DNA of 64,000 nucleotides from Minisyncoccia bacterium (GCA_041485695.1 JBGPJZ010000001.1:129316-193315), one strand, 5' to 3'. Shown: positions 28,140 to 38,420, numbered from the stretch's first letter. Notes: generated from the sequence alone by a model not told the origin. Numbers and translations: made by a program.

Positions 28140-28896
28140 TAACGCGATCCTCTCCCCCTCGGGCGTTTCTTTGGGAGCTTTTTTGATTCTCCTCGCCCTC
28201 CTGGTCGCGGGTCTCCGGTTCATATTCCCGGGCATGTTCATCGCCATCACCGCACCCGTATTTCACGCCGGCTCCGCCGTTACCGCTTTTGCAACAGATG
28301 TGCGCGCCTCGTTTGCTAATGCCGCCGCCCTCATGAGCGAGCGCGATAATCTCCGCTCTCAAAATGAGGCCTTGATGAACGAGAATCTCGCTCTTACGGC
28401 CAGGGTGAGTGACCTCGCAGTGCTCCTTGGTGAAGCACCCGTTGCCCCGCAAGGCATCGTTGCCGGCATCTTGTCACGGCCGCCCGAAACGGCCTATGAC
28501 ACGCTTATCCTCGGGGCCGGGAGTACCTCTGGCGTCTCTTCGGGTATGCGCGTGCTTGCGCAAGGCGGAGTACCGATCGGGACCGTTGACAGCGTTACCG
28601 CTTCATCCGCCCGCGTAACGCTGTACTCATCTCCTGGCCGCGCCCTCGCTGCGTGGGTAGGGAAGACGCGTATCCCTCTAACGCTCTCAGGGGCAGGCGG
28701 CGGCGTGTTCCTAGCCGCGGCTCCCAAAGCTGCCGGCATTGTCGCGGGCGATATCGTCTATGTCGCAGGCGGCGGCGCCGAACCGATTGGTCGCGTACGT
28801 GCCGTCCGCACGAACGCCTCTTCTCCTTCCGCAACGCTTCTCATCGCGCCTACCGTAAATCTCTTTTCCGTAGTATGGGTCACTCTCGTCCCGTAG
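28111..28896 (+). CDS. mreC: Rod shape-determining protein MreC
   Basis: TM helix, coiled coil, beta-rich domain, synteny. Confidence 0.85.
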   Translation: MKKILFQRRSNAILSPSGVSLGAFLILLALLVAGLRFIFPGMFIAITAPVFHAGSAVTAFATDVRASFANAAALMSERDNLRSQNEALMNENLALTARVSDLAVLLGEAPVAPQGIVAGILSRPPETAYDTLILGAGSTSGVSSGMRVLAQGGVPIGTVDSVTASSARVTLYSSPGRALAAWVGKTRIPLTLSGAGGGVFLAAAPKAAGIVAGDIVYVAGGGAEPIGRVRAVRTNASSPSATLLIAPTVNLFSVVWVTLVP

Positions 28897-29147
28897 CTCG
28901 CGCGATGCTCGTCATAGCGGCGCTTCTTTCGCCATTCCTTTTCCCGCTCCCGTTTACAGCTCTGCTCGCACTTCTCGGCGCCGTCGTTTCGGCATGGGTA
29001 CCGCTTGTCGTCGGCGTCATAATCGACGCTCTCTATTGGAGCCGAGAGGCATACGCCTTCCCTTTGTGGACCTTATTCGGCGCCGCTGTGACGCTCACCG
29101 CATTTTTCGTGCATCGCTTCGTTGAAACGAGTATTATGCGCGGATGA
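28875..29147 (+). CDS. Small membrane protein at the mreD position (divergent MreD-like)
   Basis: Hydrophobic, GVIIDALY motif, lies between mreC and mrdA. Confidence 0.55.
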   Translation: MGHSRPVARAMLVIAALLSPFLFPLPFTALLALLGAVVSAWVPLVVGVIIDALYWSREAYAFPLWTLFGAAVTLTAFFVHRFVETSIMRG

Positions 29148-30817
29148 CGTGGTGGTGGCGGAAAGGGCGGCAGGATCCGGAGATTGCCCCGGACGAAATC
29201 TTTCTAGACGCAGCGAACTCTCCTTCGTTTGACCGCGCTCGTTTTGAAGGGAGGCTCGAACGTCCCCTGGGAAATGCTCCGTTCGCGCTGTTTTCGAGCG
29301 CGCTCGGGCTCGTGTTCCTTATCTTGATTGGCCAAGTATGGAATTTGCAGATTCGACTAGGGTCCGTATACGCCGCGCAGAGCGAACGCAACTCGCTCTC
29401 ATCCAAAGTGCTGTTTGCTAACCGCGGAATCATTACCGACGTACAAGGTACGGTGCTTGTGACTAATGAAGCGACTCCGGAGGGCGGTGTTACGCGTGTC
29501 TATGAGACGCCGGGCATGGGCTCGATTGTAGGGTATGTCTCGTATCCTAAAAAAGACTCGAGTGGCAACTATTACGATACTGACATTACGGGTTTAGCCG
29601 GCGTCGAGTCATACTTCAATACCGCTCTCGCCGGCAAAAATGGCACCGTGCTGGTTGAGAGAAATGCGCTCGGAGACGTGGAGTCGCAAGGAGTCGTCAC
29701 TCCGCCCGTCAATGGCACTGATCTCTCGCTCTCTGTCGATAGCCGCGCACAAAAGGCCTTTTATGAATCCGTTCGCGGTCTTGCCGACACCGTGCCCTTT
29801 CTGGGCGGCGCAGGGGTGCTGATGGACGTCGATACGGGCGCAATACGCGCCTTGGTGTCGTACCCTGAATACGACCCAAACGTGCTTTCAAGCGGCGGGC
29901 CCGCCGACGTCATCGCAGGATACGGCGCGAGCTCTCGTAAGCCGTATCTCGATCGCGCCGTCGCCGGCCTCTATACGCCCGGCTCGATCGTGAAGCCACT
30001 TGAAGCGACCGGAGCTCTCACTGACGGCGTCATCACTCCCGACCTCACCATCAACGACACCGGCTCGATTTCAGTGCCCAACCCGTATGACTTAGCTCAC
30101 CCCTCTGTCTTTCTCGATTGGAAGGCGCTTGGCGTAGAAGATCTTCGTCGCGCAATCGCTTTTTCATCCGACGTGTACTTTTACATGGTTGGCGGGGGCT
30201 ATGGGGGGCAAAAAGGGCTTGGCATCGAGCGGCTCGCATACTGGTACCGCGCCTTCGGTCTCACGAGCCCGACCGGCATCGAGCTCCCGAATGAGTCTTC
30301 GGGCTTCGTGCCGACTCCGAGCTGGAAACAAGAAACGTATGATGAAATCTGGCGCATCGGCGACACCTACCACACCGCGATCGGGCAGTACGCCATGCAG
30401 GTGACGCCTATCGAGATAGCGCGCGCGTTTGCGGCTATCGCAAATGGCGGCAAGTTTGTGCAGCCGAGCCTCAAAAAAGACGCTCCACTTATCGGCGAGT
30501 CGCTTGCCGTTTCAGGAGATGCGCTTCAAGTAGTGCGTGAAGGGATGCGTCGCGGAGTAGAGGAGGGTACCTCAATCGGCCTTTCTTCACTCGATTCGTT
30601 CGTGCATATCGCCGGCAAGACCGGTACGGCGCAAACCGGCGTTCATAATGAATATTACAACTCGTGGGCTGTCGGCTTCTTCCCCTACGAGCATCCGAAG
30701 TACGTCTATGTGGTCGTTATGGAGAAAGGCCCCGCAGGGAACCCGACTGGCGGTGTCTATGTCATCAATCAATTCTTAACCAAATTGCATCAAGTCGCAC
30801 CAGAATATTTTCAGTAG
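29144..30817 (+). CDS. mrdA: Penicillin-binding protein 2
   Basis: PGSIVKP (SxxK), SSDVYFY (SxD), KTGT. Confidence 0.9.
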   Translation: MTWWWRKGRQDPEIAPDEIFLDAANSPSFDRARFEGRLERPLGNAPFALFSSALGLVFLILIGQVWNLQIRLGSVYAAQSERNSLSSKVLFANRGIITDVQGTVLVTNEATPEGGVTRVYETPGMGSIVGYVSYPKKDSSGNYYDTDITGLAGVESYFNTALAGKNGTVLVERNALGDVESQGVVTPPVNGTDLSLSVDSRAQKAFYESVRGLADTVPFLGGAGVLMDVDTGAIRALVSYPEYDPNVLSSGGPADVIAGYGASSRKPYLDRAVAGLYTPGSIVKPLEATGALTDGVITPDLTINDTGSISVPNPYDLAHPSVFLDWKALGVEDLRRAIAFSSDVYFYMVGGGYGGQKGLGIERLAYWYRAFGLTSPTGIELPNESSGFVPTPSWKQETYDEIWRIGDTYHTAIGQYAMQVTPIEIARAFAAIANGGKFVQPSLKKDAPLIGESLAVSGDALQVVREGMRRGVEEGTSIGLSSLDSFVHIAGKTGTAQTGVHNEYYNSWAVGFFPYEHPKYVYVVVMEKGPAGNPTGGVYVINQFLTKLHQVAPEYFQ

Positions 30818-30890
30818 CCAGCAAGTCGGACTTGCTGGCGGACTACGCTTCGAGTACAATGACGCCGACTAATAATCTCCAACTCGCACC

Positions 30891-31367
30891 ATGACCGATA
30901 TCGATAAAGAAACAATGCTTTCGCAGGAAAAGTTCGATGAGATGGCTAAAGAGCTGGAGCATTTGAAGACGGTCCGCCGCACCGAAATCGCGAAGAATCT
31001 CGAATACGCCCGATCTCTCGGCGACCTCTCTGAAAACGCAGAGTATCAAGAGGCGCGCGACCTCCAAGCGGCGACCGAGGAGCGCGTCCGCAAACTCGAG
31101 GAAATCTTGAAAACCGCGAAGATTGTCACGGACGGCAAAAAAAAGAATGAAGTCAGTTTCAGCTCGAAAGTAGCAATCAAAAAAGAGGGGAGTGATGATG
31201 CGCACGAATACACCATCGTCGGGAGCGAAGAGGCTGATATGCGAGAACATAAGCTTTCGCATGTCTCCCCGTTAGGCGCGGCACTTATGGGCAAGAAAAA
31301 GGGCGACACCTTCAGTTTTGATACGCCGAACGGCAAGCAGACCTACACTATAGAAAAAGTAGCGTGA
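30891..31367 (+). CDS. greA: Transcription elongation factor GreA
   Basis: GDLSENAEY, SPLGAALMG. Confidence 0.95.
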   Translation: MTDIDKETMLSQEKFDEMAKELEHLKTVRRTEIAKNLEYARSLGDLSENAEYQEARDLQAATEERVRKLEEILKTAKIVTDGKKKNEVSFSSKVAIKKEGSDDAHEYTIVGSEEADMREHKLSHVSPLGAALMGKKKGDTFSFDTPNGKQTYTIEKVA

Positions 31368-31411
31368 CGTCGCACCAATCTATTGGTGTGACGTCGTGAT
31401 ACGATAGGTTC

Positions 31412-32977
31412 ATGTTTTGGGCAGATAGGATTGGAGAGGAGATACGCAGTACGAGGAAGCCGAAAGACGGCAAAGCGTTCGTCGTGCGCGATGAAAAGAC
31501 GATGTCTGGGCGCGTGCATATCGGCTCGATGCGCGGCGTTGCGATACACGGGCTCGTTTCAGAAGTGCTGAACGAATATGGATTGGCGAACGTTTACACA
31601 TATGAATTGAATGATTTCGACCCGTTCGACACGGTGCCGGCGTATCTCGACCAAGAAGAGTTCAAACCGCACCTGGGCAAGCCACTCTATCTCGTGCCGT
31701 CTCCCGAGCCCGGGTCGCACAACTATGCCGAATACTTCGGGGATGAGTTCAAACGAGTGCACCAGAAGGCAGGATTTACGCCCCAGTACTACCGCACCAC
31801 CGAGCTCTACAAGAGCGGCGCCATGGACCCGTTCATTAAGCTCGCGCTCGAGCGCGCTGCCGACATCCGGCGCATCTTGAAAGAGATTTCTGGCTCGGAA
31901 AAGGACGAATCGTGGCTCCCGGTTTCGGTTACCTGCGAGAATTGCGGCAGAATGATGACGACCCGTGCGCACGACTTTGACGGCAGTACCGTCGCTTATA
32001 CCTGCAACCACAGCCCCGACGGCATGCAGTCGTGCGGGCATCTCGGCCGCGTAAGCCCGTTTAAGGGCGGGAGTAAACTATTTTGGAAGGTGGATTGGGC
32101 GGCGAAGTGGGCTGCGGTGGGCGTCGACATCGAGGGCGGCGGCAAAGACCACTCGACCAAGGGCGGGGCGCGCGACGTGGCGAACCACATCGCGAAAGAG
32201 ATTTTTAATAGTACGCCACCCTACGATATCCCCTATGAATTCTTCTTGGTCGGCGGGGCGAAGATGTCTTCGTCGAAAGGGCGGGGGAGTAGCGCCAAAG
32301 AGATGGCAGAACTGTTTACACCGCAAGTACTGCGACTCATCTTGATAGGCAAAGATATCAAGGAGCAGATCAATGTCGACCCTGCGGGCGACTCGGTAGC
32401 GCGCACCTATGATTGGTATGACGACTTGGCCGATGGAGTCCGAGAGGGCAAGAGCGACGATTACGCACGGCTCTACGCGCTCTGCCAGTTGCCCGCGGAG
32501 CGGGCAGAGCTCGCCATACCCTGGCAGATGCGCTTTCGCGATGTCGCATTCATCGTGCAGATGCCGCACCTCGATTTGAAGACCGAGGCACAAAAAGCAA
32601 AGGGTGCCGATTTGACCGACGATGAAGCGGTCGCGCTCCTGGAGCGCGCGGGGTATGCCAAGTTTTGGCTCTCCACCTATGCTCCTGCAGATTTCCGCTA
32701 TGAACTCCAACAAACACTGCCAAGCAGCACTCTTTCAGACACGCAAAAGAAAGCGCTCGCTTCGCTCGCGCAGTATATGGAGCAAGAACGCACAGGCGAA
32801 GACATTCACGCGCGGCTCCACGAGCTCAAGAGCGAAGTTCCCATCGCTCCCGCAGAACTTTTCAAGGCAATCTACGGCATTTTCTTAAACCGCACCTCTG
32901 GCCCTAAAGCCGGCTGGTTCCTCCCCGTCCTCCCTCGCGACTTTGTCCTCCAGCGCCTCCGCGAAGCCTCACAATAA
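31412..32977 (+). CDS. lysS: Lysyl-tRNA synthetase, class I
   Basis: FWAD, SG.VHIG, WKVDW..KW, GKDH, KMSSSKG, GPKAG. Confidence 0.93.
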   Translation: MFWADRIGEEIRSTRKPKDGKAFVVRDEKTMSGRVHIGSMRGVAIHGLVSEVLNEYGLANVYTYELNDFDPFDTVPAYLDQEEFKPHLGKPLYLVPSPEPGSHNYAEYFGDEFKRVHQKAGFTPQYYRTTELYKSGAMDPFIKLALERAADIRRILKEISGSEKDESWLPVSVTCENCGRMMTTRAHDFDGSTVAYTCNHSPDGMQSCGHLGRVSPFKGGSKLFWKVDWAAKWAAVGVDIEGGGKDHSTKGGARDVANHIAKEIFNSTPPYDIPYEFFLVGGAKMSSSKGRGSSAKEMAELFTPQVLRLILIGKDIKEQINVDPAGDSVARTYDWYDDLADGVREGKSDDYARLYALCQLPAERAELAIPWQMRFRDVAFIVQMPHLDLKTEAQKAKGADLTDDEAVALLERAGYAKFWLSTYAPADFRYELQQTLPSSTLSDTQKKALASLAQYMEQERTGEDIHARLHELKSEVPIAPAELFKAIYGIFLNRTSGPKAGWFLPVLPRDFVLQRLREASQ

Positions 32978-32998
32978 CAATAATTGAGAAGAGGATAG

Positions 32999-33023
32999 AA
33001 CGGCGGCACCCTGTGCCGCCGTT
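32999..33023 (+). terminator. Hairpin terminator after lysS
   Basis: AACGGCGGCAC-CCT-GTGCCGCCGTT. Confidence 0.7.
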
Positions 33024-33064
33024 GCCTTTTAAGCCTTAGCGGGCTTTCACCTTGGTTTCAGGGG

Positions 33065-33130
33065 GTGGGGATAACTATAGGGTGGTGGGAGAAAGTGGCA
33101 TATACTGCTTTACTAGGTAGTGAAGTGGGA
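33065..33130 (+). promoter_or_regulatory. MraZ operator boxes and dcw promoter
   Basis: GTGG(G/C)(A/G) at 33065, 33085, 33095 and 33125, all in 10-bp phase, around TATACT. Confidence 0.75.
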
Positions 33131-33170
33131 AACAGAGTCATGGCCGTTTCACACGCACGCCTGTCGACCT

Positions 33171-33581
33171 ATGTTTTTAGGAGAATATATTCATACTTTT
33201 GATCCGAAGAATCGGATTTCGATTCCCTCCAAATTTCGGAAGGATCTCGGCCGCGTGGTAGTTATTACCCGCGGCCTTGATCATTGCTTATATGTCTACG
33301 CGCGAAAAGCGTGGGAAAAAGAGGCGGCTACCTACGCCCTTCGCGCGAGCGGGAGCGCCGGCGAGCGCCGTCTTGCGCGGCTTTTTCTGGCCGGTTCTTT
33401 TGAAGCAGAGGTTGACGGAGCCGGACGCATTCTCGTCCCGGACAATTTGAAAAAGTTCGCAGGGATTGGTGAAAAAGCAGTAATTGCGGGTGTTGCTGGC
33501 CGGGTCGAGATTTGGGATGAAGACGCCTGGAAGAAATACACGGAGTCGATTGAACGTGAGGCCGAAACCCTCGCCAATTAA
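33171..33581 (+). CDS. mraZ: Transcriptional regulator MraZ
   Basis: MFLGEY.H..D.KNR..IP.KFR, D..GRIL.P, EIWD. Confidence 0.95.
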   Translation: MFLGEYIHTFDPKNRISIPSKFRKDLGRVVVITRGLDHCLYVYARKAWEKEAATYALRASGSAGERRLARLFLAGSFEAEVDGAGRILVPDNLKKFAGIGEKAVIAGVAGRVEIWDEDAWKKYTESIEREAETLAN

Positions 33582-33585
33582 CGCT

Positions 33586-34527
33586 ATGGAACAAGAATCA
33601 CTGCATGAAAGCGTCTTGGTGGAGGAGGTGATGGCCGAGCTTGCCGTCAAGCCGACTGATGTCGTCGTTGACGCGACCCTCGGCGGGGCGGGGCATTTTG
33701 CGCGGCTCCTTGGCTTGCTCGGCGCCGACGGCGTCTTGGTGGGGCTTGATGCTGACCCCGAAGCAGTCGAGCGAGCACGAGCGGTAGTGGCTGCTGATAG
33801 CCGTACCAATCGTCCCGTCATTCATTTGGTGAACGATAACTTCCGCAATTTAACCAGTGTTATTAATCGACTCGGCATCTCTCACATCAACAAAGCTCTT
33901 TTTGATTTGGGCTGGAGCGGGTACCAGCTCGCCACGCCAAGGGGATTTTCTTTTCAAAAAGACGAACCTTTGCTCATGACCTATGGGGAGGGAGGGAGAA
34001 GTGCGGCAGAGGTCGTAAACAGCGCCTCCGAGCCGGAGCTCGTCGACATGCTCTACTCGTACGGCGAGGAGCGCTTTGCACGCAGCATCGCACGCGCGAT
34101 CATCGCGAAGCGCACGAAGAACCGCATCCTGTCAACTAAAGACTTGGTCGAGGCTGTTCTTCGCGGTACGCCGGCGTGGTACCAGCACCGCAAGATTCAT
34201 GCCGCGACCAAAACGTTTCAAGCGCTCCGGATAGCAGCGAACGATGAGTTGAACGCCCTTCGCGAGGGGCTCGCAGCGGCGCTCGCGCGCCTAGCACCCG
34301 AAGGGAGGCTCGCCGTCATCACTTTTCATAGTATCGAAGATCGTATCGTGAAGAGCGCCTTTCGTGATGCCGCGTACGCAGGGCAAGGTCTTGCTTCGAA
34401 AAAGCCCTTGACGCCCTCTCCTGCAGAGCTCGCAAAGAACCGGCGCGCGCGAAGCGCGAAGCTCCGCATCTTTGAGAGTAACGCTTCTCGCCTTTCTGCC
34501 CCCGTCTCCACCCTTACCTATGCTTAA
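33586..34527 (+). CDS. rsmH: 16S rRNA m4C1402 methyltransferase
   Basis: DATLGGAGH, DLGWS, RGFSF, FQALRI, FHSIEDR, RSAKLR. Confidence 0.95.
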   Translation: MEQESLHESVLVEEVMAELAVKPTDVVVDATLGGAGHFARLLGLLGADGVLVGLDADPEAVERARAVVAADSRTNRPVIHLVNDNFRNLTSVINRLGISHINKALFDLGWSGYQLATPRGFSFQKDEPLLMTYGEGGRSAAEVVNSASEPELVDMLYSYGEERFARSIARAIIAKRTKNRILSTKDLVEAVLRGTPAWYQHRKIHAATKTFQALRIAANDELNALREGLAAALARLAPEGRLAVITFHSIEDRIVKSAFRDAAYAGQGLASKKPLTPSPAELAKNRRARSAKLRIFESNASRLSAPVSTLTYA

Positions 34528-34816
34528 AATCTCTAGCGGCCGAATCAAGGTACTCTCGCTCCTTCTCGGGGTGAATGCCTTGCTCGCGCTTAGCTATATC
34601 GCCGTGATTGCGGTCGTGATGAGCTACGCAGCGCTCCACGTCGAATTTGCCCAAGAGGTACGGAGCGACGAAGCAGCTGTGGCGGCCTTGGAGTCATCAT
34701 ATCTCGCCTCTCTTTCGACTATGACCGGCATGGATTACCGAGCTCTCGGGTACACGAGGCCTCTGGCAAAGGTTTTTGTTACGGGCAGCGCGCCAACGGC
34801 TCTTAATACCCGCTAA
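34520..34816 (+). CDS. ftsL: FtsL-like cell division protein
   Basis: TM plus coiled coil between rsmH and ftsI. Confidence 0.6.
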   Translation: MLKISSGRIKVLSLLLGVNALLALSYIAVIAVVMSYAALHVEFAQEVRSDEAAVAALESSYLASLSTMTGMDYRALGYTRPLAKVFVTGSAPTALNTR

Positions 34817-34819
34817 GCT

Positions 34820-36553
34820 ATGCGGGCGGCATTTCGATTCAGATTGCGCCTCGTCTTGGTCGGCGTGCTGCTTCTCGCCCTCCTCATCTTCGTCCGGCTT
34901 TATTTTGTCCAGATCGTGCATGGTAGCGACTATTCCCTCAAGGCCGATCGCCAGTATGTCTCAAGCGGGAGCGCTCTCTTTGACCGCGGCTCAATCTACT
35001 TTACGCGTAAGGATGGGGCGCTTGTTTCAGCTGCGACCTTGGCAACCGGCTTTGTCGTTGCGATAAACCCGAAGCTTATCCGAGACCCTGAGAGCACCTA
35101 CCAGGCGATTGCGAGAGTAGCCTCGAGCACCGACTACGACGCTTTCCTCAAAGCAACCCGCAATACCCAGGCGGTCTATGTCGAAGTTGCGCACCACTTG
35201 TCTCTCGCGGCCGGTAAAACGCTCGCGGGAGAGAAGGTCGCTGGCGTCACGGTGCTTCGCGAGCGGTGGCGCATCTACCCGGGCGGCGACCTTGCCCCGC
35301 AGACTATCGGGACAGTCGGCCTCTCATCTGACGATAACGTCCTCAAAGGGCGCACGGGCATTGAGGCGCGCTACGACGAGAGCCTCTCACGCGGCGGCGA
35401 CGGGCTCTACCGCAATTTCTTCGCTGAACTGTTTGCAAAAATTGGCAACGCACTTGTCGATGCGCGCGCCGCGAGAGAGGGCGATGTCGTTACCACCCTT
35501 GAGCCCGAGGTCGAGACGCGCCTTGTGAGCGACCTCGCAAAGGTGAATGCTACATACAGCAGCAAAGAAACGGCCGGCATCATCATGGATCCTCATACCG
35601 GCGCGATTATCGCCATTGCGAGTTATCCCACCTATGACGCGAATGATTACTCCGACCAGCCGATAGGCGTACTCACGAACCCTATGGTGAGCCATGTCTA
35701 TGAATTCGGCTCAATCATGAAGCCTCTCACTATGGCATCTGCGCTTGATGCGGGAGTCGTTACGCCCCAGACAACCTACAATGACACTGGCTGTATCACG
35801 CTCGATACCTCGAAAATCTGCAATTACGACCACAAGGCGCGTGGCGTGATACCCATCCAGCAGATCCTCTCGCAGTCGCTCAATATCGGCGCGGCCTATC
35901 TGGCCGGGCAGCTTGGCCCCGACCGTTTTCGCTCCTACTTCGAGAATCTCGGGTTCAGCGATAAGACGGGCATCGACCTGCCGGCTGAAACGTCCGGGCT
36001 CACGAACAACTTGAAGAGCCCGCGGCAAATCGAATACGCAACGGCAGCCTTTGGCCAAGGTATTGCCATAACACCGCTCGAGATGCTCAAGGCGCTCGGC
36101 GCGCTCGCAAACGGCGGAGCAACAGTACGGCCGCACATCGCGAGCGCCATCAAGCTTGACTCGGGTGTGACAAGGACAATCGACTGGAGCGGCGCGAACC
36201 AAGTCTTCTCTCCTGAATCGGCGCGAGAGGTGAGCGAGATGCTTACCTCCGTCGTCGACCACAACCTTTCGCACGGCACGCTTGCGATACCGAGCCTCTC
36301 GGTAGCGGCCAAAACGGGCACGGCACAGCTCACCGACATGAACGGGGGGTACTACCAAGACCGCTACTTCCACTCCTTTTTCGGGTACTTCCCCTCCTAC
36401 GCTCCCCGGTTTATCATCCTCCTCTACACGAACGACCCGCAGGGTGTAGAGTACGCCTCCGAGACCTTAACCTCGACCTTCATGGATTTAGTCCACTTTT
36501 TAGCCGACTACTATGACCTGCCCCCCGATCGGGCAGCCGTAACCGCACTATGA
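34820..36553 (+). CDS. ftsI: Division-specific penicillin-binding protein (PBP3/FtsI)
   Basis: GSIMKP, SLN, KTGT, dcw position. Confidence 0.88.
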   Translation: MRAAFRFRLRLVLVGVLLLALLIFVRLYFVQIVHGSDYSLKADRQYVSSGSALFDRGSIYFTRKDGALVSAATLATGFVVAINPKLIRDPESTYQAIARVASSTDYDAFLKATRNTQAVYVEVAHHLSLAAGKTLAGEKVAGVTVLRERWRIYPGGDLAPQTIGTVGLSSDDNVLKGRTGIEARYDESLSRGGDGLYRNFFAELFAKIGNALVDARAAREGDVVTTLEPEVETRLVSDLAKVNATYSSKETAGIIMDPHTGAIIAIASYPTYDANDYSDQPIGVLTNPMVSHVYEFGSIMKPLTMASALDAGVVTPQTTYNDTGCITLDTSKICNYDHKARGVIPIQQILSQSLNIGAAYLAGQLGPDRFRSYFENLGFSDKTGIDLPAETSGLTNNLKSPRQIEYATAAFGQGIAITPLEMLKALGALANGGATVRPHIASAIKLDSGVTRTIDWSGANQVFSPESAREVSEMLTSVVDHNLSHGTLAIPSLSVAAKTGTAQLTDMNGGYYQDRYFHSFFGYFPSYAPRFIILLYTNDPQGVEYASETLTSTFMDLVHFLADYYDLPPDRAAVTAL

Positions 36554-37827
36554 GGAATATCGCACGCGAACTCGTTGCTGGCATCGTGGCGATTTTCGCG
36601 CGCATCGTCGTCCGCAAATACCAGCCGAAAATCGTCATGGTGACCGGCTCGGTCGGCAAGACCTCGACCAAAGATGCGCTTGCGGCGGTGCTTCGGGCTC
36701 GCTATTACCTCCGTGCAAGCGAGAAGAGCTACAATACCGAGTTCGGCGTGCCGTTCACCATCTTCGGCGTCAAGAACCCATGGCACAACCCGCTACGGTG
36801 GCTCTCGGTATTTAAGGAGGCCTTTGCGCTCATCTTTTTACCTAATCATTACCCGAACTTATTAGTGCTTGAGGTCGGTGCCGACCGGCCGGGCGATTTG
36901 CATCGCATACTTGAAATAGCAACGCCCGACGCCGTTGTCGTGACCTGCCTCCCCGACATTCCCGTCCATGTCGAGGCCTACGCGTCTCCCGAAGCGGTAC
37001 GCGAAGAAGAGTTCTCGCCTGCATACGCGCTCGCGGCGGGCGCGCCTTTGGTCATCGCCGCAGACGATGAGCACGCGCTCATCATGGCCAAGCGTATCCC
37101 GGCAGAGCTGTATACGTTCGGTGTCGGAGAGGCGACGGTAGCTATACACCATGCTGATTTTTATAGTGAAGAAGGACGCGTTGCTGGCATGCAGGCTGAA
37201 ATTACAACGCCAAAGGGCAAGGGCGCGCTTGTCGTCAAGGGCTCAGTGGGGGAGCAGCAGCTACTCCCGGCCGCGGCCGCGCTTGCGGTCGCGCTTACGC
37301 TTGGCGTCGAGCTTGGCGAAGCGCTAGTAGCTCTTAAGGCCTACGAGCCGCCGCCAGGACGCGGATGTGTCTTTGCGGGCGTTAACGGGGCTGTCGTCAT
37401 AGATGACTCGTACAATTCGTCGCCTGCGGCAGTCGAGGAGGCCCTGAAAACGTTGAAAGCATTCCCGATTGCGAAGCCTGCCCGACCTGGTGAGGGCGGG
37501 CGTCGCATCGCAGTGCTTGGAGACATGCTTGAGCTCGGGCGTTACTCGGTGGTTGAGCATCGAAGAGTAGGGGAGCTCGCACGCGCAGTTGCGGACATCG
37601 TGGTAACGGTCGGGATACGCGCACGCGCATTTGGCGGCACGCACGCATATGACGATGCGCGTAGCGCGGCGGGAGCGCTCCCTGCTCTCCTAGAGCCAGG
37701 AGACGTCGTTTTAATAAAGGGCTCCCAATCAATCCGGACCGAACGCATCGTCGAGGCTCTGCTTGCCGACCACGCCGATATCTCAAGACTCGTTCGCCAA
37801 GAGAAGGAGTGGAAAAATCTTTCCTGA
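36550..37827 (+). CDS. murF: UDP-MurNAc-tripeptide--D-Ala-D-Ala ligase
   Basis: VTGSVGKTSTK, DDSYNSSP, GDMLELG, KGSQ. Confidence 0.92.
   Translation: MRNIARELVAGIVAIFARIVVRKYQPKIVMVTGSVGKTSTKDALAAVLRARYYLRASEKSYNTEFGVPFTIFGVKNPWHNPLRWLSVFKEAFALIFLPNHYPNLLVLEVGADRPGDLHRILEIATPDAVVVTCLPDIPVHVEAYASPEAVREEEFSPAYALAAGAPLVIAADDEHALIMAKRIPAELYTFGVGEATVAIHHADFYSEEGRVAGMQAEITTPKGKGALVVKGSVGEQQLLPAAAALAVALTLGVELGEALVALKAYEPPPGRGCVFAGVNGAVVIDDSYNSSPAAVEEALKTLKAFPIAKPARPGEGGRRIAVLGDMLELGRYSVVEHRRVGELARAVADIVVTVGIRARAFGGTHAYDDARSAAGALPALLEPGDVVLIKGSQSIRTERIVEALLADHADISRLVRQEKEWKNLS
37477..37500. repeat. 24-bp in-frame palindromic micro-element in murF (PARPGEGG)
   Basis: CCTGCCCGACCTGGTGAGGGCGGG immediately before RRIAVLGDM. 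Confidence 0.7.
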
Positions 37828-37894
37828 TGGTGTAGATTCGTACAGGAAACACAGTCCTGTGTTTCAGTATCATTCCTGTTAGGGGAGGCATGTC

Positions 37895-38209
37895 GTGTCA
37901 TCGCGTTCAAATCTAAAGAGGAAGCTCAAGCATCAAAAAGCGAACGGCTTTATCGGACTCGGTCTTCATTTGGCATCAAAACCGGGGTATCAACTAAAAG
38001 TATTGCCACAGCTCGTGCATGACGAGGAAGATCGGCAACGCAAAATCGAGGAAATGGACATCGCCATCAATCGCTGGGTTGTCCTCAAGGGAGAAGCAAT
38101 CCGACGTAAAGTAATCGGTATAAGGGCGGATTACCGCCTTGAACTTCAGGGGTTTTCAACGTTAACGTGTCCATATGACGTACGTGCGGTCTACGAGACC
38201 GCACGGTGA
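37895..38209 (+). CDS. Hypothetical protein
   Basis: GGGGAGG SD before GTG, followed by a hairpin and T-tract. Confidence 0.5.
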   Translation: MSSRSNLKRKLKHQKANGFIGLGLHLASKPGYQLKVLPQLVHDEEDRQRKIEEMDIAINRWVVLKGEAIRRKVIGIRADYRLELQGFSTLTCPYDVRAVYETAR

Positions 38210-38262
38210 GTTGAGGGGGGCGGGCGCTTGCTTGGCAGGCGCGCCGCTTCTTTTTATTTATG

Positions 38263-38334
38263 TGACCCTACCGGGAATCGAACCCGGATTTAAGCCTTGA
38301 GAAGGCTCCGTCCTAACCGTTAGACGATAGGGCC
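38263..38334 (-). tRNA. tRNA-Glu(CUC)
   Basis: GGCCCTATCGTCTAACGGTTAGGACGGAGCCTTCTCAAGGCTTAAATCCGGGTTCGATTCCCGGTAGGGTCA cloverleaf. CCA not encoded. Confidence 0.95.
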
Positions 38335-38420
38335 TGAGTAGTTTTTATAACAGAGATACGTGAAAAGTTGAAGCCGCCGGCGCGCAGAGCGCCAGCGGCT
38401 TACAGGTGCACAATCGGTTG

